Assembly (NCBI GenBank): GCA_963796965.1
Contig: CAWCNS010000009.1
Span: 448,001 to 512,000, forward strand
DNA: 64,000 nucleotides
Direction: 5' to 3'
Source: Calditrichia bacterium
GTDB taxonomy: Bacteria > Calditrichota > Calditrichia > JAJRVZ01
Made by a program: the position numbers and the translations under genes. Under the pieces are notes generated by a model, which worked only from the letters and a program-made list of their open reading frames with translations, did no database searches and was not told where the DNA came from. Position 1 is the stretch's first letter. Every line of letters begins with the position of its first letter. This document shows positions 55,291 through 64,000 of the stretch, piece after piece.

Positions 55291-57636
55291 TTGTCCCGTA
55301 AATATTTAATTATCCTCTTTTTTTGTGCTTTATTCACTCAAAATATCCATCACTTAATGCGGCCGATTCCACTTTACAAAAGCGCCAGGATTATCTATCT
55401 CAATTATTAGAAATGGTCCCGGAGAATCCAATCAATCCAAGTATTGCCACACCCCTTGATAAAAATTGGCGGGCCTGGCTTAAAAGAACCGGCGAGTTAC
55501 CCCCTGATTTTGGTTCAATGCCCTCCCTGCCCTTTTTACCAGATCCTCTTGTTCTGGATGAAGGTGGAAAAAACATCCCCATCACCACTCATGCGCAGTG
55601 GAAAAATAAAAAGGAGTGGATCAGAGAGCAAATTAAACACTGGTTCAGCGGTACGTTTCCTCCTGCGCCCGATCATATCGATATCAGGGTATTAGAAGAA
55701 AAACGAGAGGGCAGGGTTATCCTCCGCAAAGTTGAATTGCGCTTTGGGCCCGATAATAAGGCTAAATTAAACATTGAATTAATGATCCCACCCGGAAAAG
55801 GTCCCTTCCCTGTATTTATGACCCAGTGGAACCACCGCGGTTGGGCAATGATTGCTGTTCAAAGAGGGTATATCGGTTGTGTCTATGCTGGTGCTGACGC
55901 GAAGGATGATACACAGGCTTACGGAGACATATGGTACCCAGAATATGATTTTACGATGTTAATGCGCCGGGCCTGGGGATCATTCCGTGCTCTGGATTAT
56001 CTACATACACTGGATTATCGTCGATACAAATAAAATTGCTATCACCGGACATTCCCGCAACGGCAAACAATCCCTAATGGCGGCTGCTTTTGATGAACGC
56101 ATCAAAGCCGTCATATCAAGTAGCGGCGGCACCGGGGCAGAAATTCCTTACCGTTTTATCTGTGATAAATATGATGCGGAATCGATATTAAGAATGATGG
56201 ATGGTTTTCCTCAATGGCTTCACCCACGGATGCGATTTTTTATCGGCCGGGAGCATAAGTTACCTATTGATCAGAATCTGATGATGGCTCTTGTTGCTCC
56301 AAGAGGATTGATGCTCAGTTCAGCCATCAGTGAAGGGGCCGGCAATCCATTAGGTATCGAACAGGGTTATAATTCTGCAAAAAAAGTCTATCGCTTTTTA
56401 AATGGAGAAAAAAATATTGCTGTAAGATTACGTCATGGTCGCCATGGTACGGCGGCCAGGGATATTGAAGACTATATTGACTTTTTTGATTATGTATTTG
56501 GCCGATCGGAGCGGGAACCGGAGAATCATCTTTTTTATAATTATTCCTTTGATAACTGGCAAGATTTGAGCCGGGAGACTCTCAATCCCCTCGATTATAA
56601 GGTCCACATACCAGGTGATTTTCTAAAATCGGAGAAGGGACAACAATTAACTTCCAAAAAAGAATGGGCAGATCGGAGGAATCAAATTGTTCAGCATATC
56701 CCCTGGGTATTAGGAGAAGCACCACCTGGTATTATAAATCCCGGTCCGGTAAAATTATCCAATGCGCGTAAAATAGATGACTATCTCAGAGACGTTATAT
56801 TACGCCCCGGTAAATCTGAAAAGGTCGGGCAAATCGTTGTCGGCCCCTATCATTCTTTTGGCGACTATCTCTACGGAAATCTATTTTTCCCCATTACTCC
56901 TGATGGGAAACCAACTAAAAATAAAGTCCCTGTTGTCATTTTTTTGCATGAATATGATTATACCACTGGTTTTGGCAGACGCATTCTGCCCTTTTTTGAG
57001 AAAATAGTAGAAAAGGGATTTGCTGTGTTTTCCTATGACATGCTCGGCTTCGGAACCCGGATCCAGGAGGGAACCGCCTTTTACCAGCGGTATCCACATT
57101 GGTCAAAGATGGGAAAAATGGTAAGGGATCTTAAAGGTGCTGTCGATGCAATGGAAAATTTGGATATTGTGGATCCTAATCAGATTATCACGGTAGGCTA
57201 TACCCTGGGAGGGACTGTTGGGTTATTCGGGGCTGCGCTTGATACGAGAATATCTGCCCTGGCGACTATCTGCGGCTATACGCCCTTACGCACCGCCTCT
57301 CCGGATAAGGGGGTTGAAGGGATCCAGGCCTATTCCCATATACATGGGTTACTTCCCCGATTGGGATTCTTTGTTGAGCATGAAGATCGCCTACCTGTTG
57401 ACTTTCCTGAGATCATTGCCGCTAGTGCTCCCAGGCCACATCTAATCATTGCACCACAACTGGATCGCGATGCCATTTTTGATGATGTGCAAAAATCTAT
57501 CGAAAATATTAGTCAGGTATATTCACTGCATGATGCCAAATCTAATCTTACTTTTCAAGCTCCAATGGATTACAATCATTTTACAGAAGAGATGGAGGAG
57601 GAAGTTGTTCGCTGGCTTATTTCTCTTAGAAAATAA
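55291..57636 (+). CDS. Secreted tandem alpha/beta hydrolase (CE15/glucuronyl esterase-like domain + second esterase-like domain); frameshift near 56020
   Basis: LPDPL, RRAWG..RALDYL, GHSRNGK, FDERI, LVAPR; second domain D.LGFG.R, GKMVRD, VGYTLGG, APRP. Confidence 0.82.
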
Positions 57637-57762
57637 CATCCCCTTTAGTCCCACTTTTCCGGGGCTGTTGCAGTTTAGAAAATTATAGTAGAATAATGTG
57701 TCTATCTGTCTGAGTAAGCAAAATCTATTCCCCCTTTTGAAGGGGGTTAGGGGGATGTTTTT
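57635..57762. repeat. CCCCCTT..AGGGGG hairpin element; copies at 4055-4172 and 53860-53907, related family at 2341-2400 and 20510-20570
   Basis: Shared gcaaaatctattcccccttt..aagggggttagggggatgt. Confidence 0.85.
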
Positions 57763-57798
57763 ACATAACTTATAAGGCGGAATTATATTATAATATGA

Positions 57799-58152
57799 TC
57801 ATGAATCATGCTGATAACTGACAAGCGCGTCTTCTACATCCTCGTAAAGATCAATCAATTTATCTATTTCCATAAGGGTCAGCGTGTCCATAATCTTCTC
57901 CGCAACAGCAGCTACTTTTAATTGACCTCCTGCCCTCTTCACCGAAACCAGACATTCCATGATATTCCCGATTCCAATACTGTTAATAGACCTTACTGCA
58001 GATAGATCCAATATAAAATTTTTAATACCCTTTGTGATCAGATCATTTACCTGTGCTGGTAATTCATACGCATCGGGATCGCCCAGTATTTTTGCTGATA
58101 GTTCAAGGACACCAATACTATTCTTAATATATATATTTACATTTACCTTCAT
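57799..58152 (-). CDS. STAS-domain anti-sigma factor antagonist
   Basis: ILDLSAVRSINSIGIG, GGQLKV, YEDVEDAL. Confidence 0.85.
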   Translation of the reverse strand: MKVNVNIYIKNSIGVLELSAKILGDPDAYELPAQVNDLITKGIKNFILDLSAVRSINSIGIGNIMECLVSVKRAGGQLKVAAVAEKIMDTLTLMEIDKLIDLYEDVEDALVSYQHDS

Positions 58153-58592
58153 GACGACCAGCTACTACTTTCAACCTGCTATCTCCTGCTTATATGTCTT
58201 ACGTAAACGCTTTTGATCAGTAAGAAAACATCGAAACCAAAATAGAATTATTGCATTGAAGAATAGAAAGTTTTTTGAATCAATATAGTAAATTTGTCCA
58301 TTGAAAAAAATAAAATCCTTTTCCTGGCAAGCTTTAGTTAAAACCGATCTATACTTCACGACAGCGGTCCCAAAAACAGCGAGAGGATTTGTTTCAAACA
58401 CAGAATTGTTTAAATTTCCAAAATATATCCAATTTTCCTCATCCTTTTATCTCAAAATGCGTTATGTTTTAATACAACAACTCAGCGATCTGGTATATGC
58501 AGGAAAATCTTATAACATTATCAGTAGAATCAACTATCTGATAGATGTTGCAAATAAAAAGATATACCCACACAAAAGGGAGATTTATTACT

Positions 58593-59439
58593 ATGATACC
58601 GAGCGAAAATAAACCAGGTAAAATAGGGATTGGGATTAATCTAGAGTTTGTCCGCCACGAGGATAAATCCTTTGAATGGGCGATAGAAAAAGCCGCAGAA
58701 TTGGGATATGAATATGTTGAGCCGATGGTACTTTGGGGACGTGAAATGCTCAGCGAAGCCGGCTATTTTCACAGTGTTTCCATGCTCGATGATCCTTTTC
58801 GAATCAAACGGGCCTGTGAAAAAGCGGGTGTAAAATTGTCCGGCCTTTCCTCCCATTCTACCCTCTGCAAACCGGAAATCAGTGTGGAATATTTAAAACA
58901 AGGCATACGGTTTGCTGCGGAATGCGGTGCTCCTGTCGTAAACTCTGATGAAGGACCAAAACCTAAATGGACAACCGAAGAAGAAGATTTTACATTAATG
59001 CGATATACATTACGAGAGGCCTCCTTTTTCAGCTGAATCACGAAATATCATGATCGGTTTGGAACCGCATCAACAATACAGTAAGACGCCTGAAGGTCTG
59101 GATCGGATCTATGGATTGGTTGATTCTCCGGCAATTGGTATCAACTTTGACACAGGAAACTCTTATCTCTCCGGGCAGGATCCGATCACATGGTTAAAAC
59201 ATGTTGCTGACCGTCTGGTACATGTTCACGCCAAGGATATATCCATTGAACAATCGGATAGTGAGCGGGGAAAGGTAACCGGTACACCGGTAGGATGTGC
59301 CTGTGGTGATGGTGTAATCGACTGGGCGAAAGTCATCGAGGTTTGTAAAAGCACCAATAAAAACCTCGTTCTATCCGTTGAATGCGGAACCGTTGATCAA
59401 GCTAAAAGAAGTCTCGATTATCTAAAAAAACTGATTTGA
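58593..59439 (+). CDS. Sugar phosphate isomerase/epimerase (xylose isomerase-like TIM barrel); frameshift near 59030
   Basis: AAELGYEYVE, GLEPH, INFDTGN, HVHAKD, GDGVIDW, LSVEC. Confidence 0.88.
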
Positions 59440-59447
59440 TGACAACG

Positions 59448-59978
59448 CTATCCTTTATAGGGAAGAATCTCAATATCTACATTTAACTCATCTGCGACAG
59501 ATTTTAATTTTTCAGACCAATCGTGACTTCTTTCAGGTGGTGCAAAAACAATGGCGTTTAGGGTAAAAAGAGGGGTTCCACTAATGGGTGCTTTGACCAC
59601 ATTTGTATCCATTGATTCAATATTAAAACCCAAATTGGCAATTTGGTGTGATACATTGTGAACAATACCTTCATGATCGGCACCATTAACTTCCACCTGG
59701 TAGGGCAACCACCCCTCATACGTGGTTGGATCGGATTGTTTTGTTTCTGTGACAATTGATTTGAAGCCTTCATCTGCTAATTCATTAACCTTTTTTTTGA
59801 GTTCATCAGCAAGATCTGTTGCGACAAGTACATGCATGAGAATGGCAAACTCACCACCCAGATGCGCCATGCGACTGGCTTCAATATTACCCTGAGCATC
59901 CACAACTATTTTTGTCAATTCCTCAACAAGTCCAACCCTGTCATGACCTATTAGACTGATCACAAGATTTTTATTCAT
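59448..59978 (-). CDS. Tandem ACT-domain protein (GcvR-like regulator)
   Basis: IGHDRVGLVE..NIEASRM.LGGEFA; GADHEGIVH..NIESMDT..P.SGTPLF. Confidence 0.87.
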   Translation of the reverse strand: MNKNLVISLIGHDRVGLVEELTKIVVDAQGNIEASRMAHLGGEFAILMHVLVATDLADELKKKVNELADEGFKSIVTETKQSDPTTYEGWLPYQVEVNGADHEGIVHNVSHQIANLGFNIESMDTNVVKAPISGTPLFTLNAIVFAPPERSHDWSEKLKSVADELNVDIEILPYKG

Positions 59979-60345
59979 TTAATTTCTCCATAGATTGAAT
60001 CCAATGCCGTAAATGTAAGTTGCAGATCTTTATCGGACAATATAAAATTAGTTTCAAGGTACTTTTAATTTTCAGTTTTTGGTTAAATTAGCATTACATT
60101 TACTCTTTATCATATGCCAGGACAAACGCATTGAAAAGTTTAAACCATAAAAACGCAGGGGAAAAAGGGGGAGTGTCTCCGGTTTCCTTTTTCTTATACT
60201 ATATCTCGAATCACCTATCACCTATCTCACATCCATTTTTTTATCCTGAATTTCATGTAGCAAATCCTAAAAAAATCCCAATGGCCAAACCTAAATGACA
60301 ATTCAATTCCCAATTCCAAATCCCCAATTCTAACGTCGATTTCTA

Positions 60346-60373
60346 TTGCAATTACATATCTATTTTGTATATT
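60346..60373 (+). promoter_or_regulatory. Promoter TTGCAA-N16-TATATT
   Basis: Third copy of the motif, upstream of the MBL-fold gene. Confidence 0.5.
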
Positions 60374-60547
60374 AATCCAATACTAACTTTCACCTGAATC
60401 TCTTTCGATTTCTCTCTCTACTTTTTCATGCCTGAATTGAAATATTCCTACTTTTCGCTAGTGATGACGTTCTTTTCGCGTACCAAATCATATTCTTCTC
60501 ATTGCTTTTGTTGATGCATTTTCATTCAATTTGCAATTATAAGATGG

Positions 60548-61390
60548 GTGGAAAAAATGCTGCAAAATGTAAAATTAACCATCTTATCAGAAAATCGGGT
60601 GGTTGATCCAAATCTTAGAGCAGAACAGGGATTATCTGTTTTCGTTGAAACCGAAAATGGTAATATATTATTTGATGTGGGACAAACAAATGCCCTGGTT
60701 GAAAATGCCCGCGAGATGGATATTGATTTAGAATCAGTACAGAAAATAGTCCTCAGTCATGGACATTATGACCATACAGGAGGTCTTCCATTTGTTTTGG
60801 AAATAATCAGATCTATTGATGTGGTCTGCCATCCGGCCCTGACAAATAAAAAATATAAGATTTACCCTGCTGGTCGAACAAATATTGGTGTCCCCTGGGA
60901 AAAACGAGATATCATCTCAAAGGGGGCCAAATTTATTTATAAGACCCACCCCTTTGAAGTAATTCCTGATGTATGGATCTCTGGAGAGATTCCCCGTAGT
61001 TCTGCATTTGAATATGTGGAGGATGCCTATCAGCAAAAACCTTCTGTGAGTTATCTTCATGACGAGATACATGATGATTTATGTCTTGTTTTAAACACTA
61101 GCAAAGGATTAATTATTCTGTTGGGATGTGGTCATGCCGGACCGATCAATTCAATAAAACAATCCATGCGTATCACACACAATCAACAGATCTATGCAAT
61201 TATCGGAGGTATGCATCTACAACATAGTCCTGATGAAAAGATAAAAAAAATTGTAAAGAACCTAATCACCTTAGACCCTGACTATGTATTACCCTTGCAT
61301 TGTACCGGTTTCCCCGCCATTACCAGAATCATCACCGCCTTCCCGGACCGGGTAAAACTCTTAAATGTCGGTGATACCTTTGAAGTATAA
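60548..61390 (+). CDS. MBL-fold metallo-hydrolase
   Basis: AEQGLS, ILFDVG, LSHGHYDHTGG, DD, GCGHAG, IGGMHL, PLHCTG. Confidence 0.9.
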   Translation: MEKMLQNVKLTILSENRVVDPNLRAEQGLSVFVETENGNILFDVGQTNALVENAREMDIDLESVQKIVLSHGHYDHTGGLPFVLEIIRSIDVVCHPALTNKKYKIYPAGRTNIGVPWEKRDIISKGAKFIYKTHPFEVIPDVWISGEIPRSSAFEYVEDAYQQKPSVSYLHDEIHDDLCLVLNTSKGLIILLGCGHAGPINSIKQSMRITHNQQIYAIIGGMHLQHSPDEKIKKIVKNLITLDPDYVLPLHCTGFPAITRIITAFPDRVKLLNVGDTFEV

Positions 61391-61558
61391 AATTGAGCAT
61401 ACTCAAATTAAATTATATTTTATTTTTATGGCTGAGGAAAGATAGTCTTCCTCTTCCCTTTTTTCTTTTTCTAATTGCCAACACCTAAAAATCTGCAAAA
61501 TTTGCATCTTATATTTTTTGATTTACTCATTGGTTCTATGCACTTGGAGTAATATCCA

Positions 61559-64000
61559 ATGGCCAAATACTATAAAATATTATTTCTCTTCTTATCTTTC
61601 TCTGCTCTTGCTTATCCACAGCAACAAAACATCCAATTCACCCATCTCACGACGAAAGACGGCCTCTCCAGCAACAGAGTGAATGCCATCATCAAAGACA
61701 GCAGAGGATTCATGTGGTTTGCTACCAATAATGGACTAAACCGCTATGATGGTTATAATTTCAAAATATATAAATATGACCCGCAGGATTCTAATTCTAT
61801 ATCAGGAAATTATATCACATCCCTCTGCGAGGATCGCTATGGTAACATTTGGATTGGTACCAGAACGAATGGTTTTAATCAATTTGACAGAAAAAAGAAT
61901 AAATTCTCACGATATAAATTTGACACCCAATCTTATGCCCCTAAAGCAGTTAACTCTGTAAGCCTGATCTATGAAGATTCCTCGGATAGTACGCATGTAC
62001 TCTTGATATTAACCGCTGTCAGACTTTCTTAAATATTTCCATAAACCGGAGTTTAAGGTTGAAGGTACGGCATGGCTTAAATATTTCTTTGCCGACTCAA
62101 TTGAAAATGAACTTCTGGATAGTACTATTTACAAAGGTCATTGGCGAATAAAGAATAATCCGGACATTTTCAGATATTATTCAATGAAACCTGATAATCC
62201 CCAGAGCATGAGCCAGAAACCCTGGAAAAACATTATTTCGGACAGTAACGGAAACCTATGGTTTGGCACACCCATCGGCCTGAATAAGTTGGATAAAAAA
62301 ACGGAAATATTCACCAGTCTATCTAAATGATCCGGAAAATCCGAATAGTCTGAGCAATGATATTGTTCTCGGTATTTATATGGATAAAGAAGACATTCTG
62401 TGGATAGGAACTGAAGGCGGCGGGCTGGACAGATTTGATACAAAAACCGGAAGATTCAGGAACTTTAAACACGATCCTAATAACCCCTATAGCATTGGAA
62501 GCAATTATATTCATGATGTTTATGGAGACCCTAAAGGGAATCTATGGATTGTAACAGGAGGTAATGGATTTTATAAGTTTGAAATAAATACTGAAAGATT
62601 TATTTGCTTCAAAAAAGCGTCTTCAAAATACAGCCGAATAGGCATTGCCTTTTGGGGTGCCACCTATCTGGATGATAGTGGTAAACACTGGATAGGAACA
62701 GCTAATGATGGGATTTATATGTATGATCCTAAAAAACAGAATATTTCCACAACTGTATTATACTCGGATATAGACCAGACTGCTGACGTACGCGCCTTTT
62801 ATAAAGACAAAAAGGGCAAATTGTGGGTTTCCTCAACCGAAGGTCTATTCAAATTCGATCAGGACAGGAAAACATACACATTCAATAGATATGATCGGCA
62901 TCATAGGAATAAACTGTTGCAGCACAGCATAACCTCCTTTGTTGAAGATAAGCGTGGTTTTTTATGGCTGGGTACTGAAGAGGGAGGTTTAAAACGATAC
63001 AATCTTAGATCAGGCAGGATTGTAGAGTTCCTTTTTAATCATGAAAATTTATTTTTGACACATCCTCATTGGATTAACCTGATCCTGAAATTAAAAGAAG
63101 ATAAAAAAGGTAATATATTAATCGGTAACTATGTTGGAGATTTAATTGTTTTTAATAAGAGAACACATAAACATAAAATTACAATTTATCAGGGATCTAG
63201 CTTCTTGGTTGATCATTTTAAAAATTTGTGGCGGGGTTATTGGGGAGAAGGAATAAAACTATACAAAGATACATCTGAAGAAACCTTTCATTTTTTTCAT
63301 ACTGCGACTGACTCTACCAGTCTTAGTAGCAGTTATGTGATGACCATTTATGAAGACAACCATAACAATATCTGGATCGGGACCAATAACGGGTTGAATT
63401 TATTTAATCGTGAGACTGAAACATTTAAAGATTTTACAATTAATGATGGCCTGGCTTCCGATCATATTCTTTCAATTCTGGAGGATGGTCATGGCAGCCT
63501 TTGGCTTTGCACACCGAAAGGAATTTCAAGATTTAATTACCTGCAAAGAGATTATTCGGGCCGGCCGTTAATTAAAAATTACCAGGCAAGTGATCAGGTT
63601 CAATTCTATGCAGATGAGATAGGTTATAAGGATAACGAAGGATTTATGTATTTTGGCGGCAGGAATGGCTTTGTCAGCTTTCATCCGGACAGCATTACAG
63701 AAAATTTACATCTGCCGCCTATTGTACTTACTGATTTTAAAATCTTAAATGAATCGCCTGGGGTGGATTCTGTTGGTCATTCCCCCTTAAAATCTGATAT
63801 TTCTGAAACACAAGAAATCAACCTTTCCTATGACCAAAACTTTTTCTCATTCGAGTTTGCCGCACTCGATTATACGGATCCCATGCATAATCAATACGCT
63901 TATAAAATGGAGGGTATTGATAGAGATTGGACCTATACCGACGTCAGCCACCGCCATGCCAATTACACGGATTTGGATCCCGGTGAATATATATTTCACG
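61559..64000 (+). CDS. Two-component-regulator beta-propeller + Y_Y_Y domain sensor protein; frameshifted, truncated by the window end
   Basis: FTHLTTKDGLSSN, DSRGFMWFAT.NGLNRYDG, repeated ED..G.IWIGT; final region FEFAALDY..P..NQYAYKMEGIDRDW...NYTDLDPGEYIF. Confidence 0.9.

Noticed and set aside
58171..58612. ORFs 58171-58401 and 58301-58612
   Set aside because: AT-rich divergent intergenic region with no recognisable motifs or RBS.

Overview
Bacterial chromosomal window of roughly 40% GC. The 'NYPNPFNP' C-terminal sorting domains, sulfatases and beta-propeller sensor suggest an FCB-superphylum organism such as Calditrichota or KSB1 (inference). About 36 genes are recognisable, and more than half are broken by single-base indels. 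A 188-nt G/C-free tract is also present, so this is most likely an unpolished long-read or low-coverage metagenomic consensus rather than real gene decay. Gene content: four Cys-type sulfatases, GH2, GH16 plus a truncated paralog, GH78, a tandem esterase, two class III nucleotide cyclases, phosphoesterases, Nramp- and AbgT-family transporters, three secreted proteins with a C-terminal sorting domain, an S8 protease, VKOR-DsbA, the alpha-2-macroglobulin/PBP1C pair and a truncated propeller-type sensor. No rRNA, tRNA, CRISPR array, transposase or integrase was recognised. The most unusual signal is intergenic. Many spacers hold modular palindromic or short-period repeats: 7-nt arrays of several sequence types, CACAAAG/CGCAAAG/CACGAATT arms, CCTCTACGAGG doublets and CCCCCTT..AGGGGG hairpins. 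These are nested into composite elements that bracket individual genes, sit directly upstream of a shared promoter motif and supply the 3' ends of some genes.
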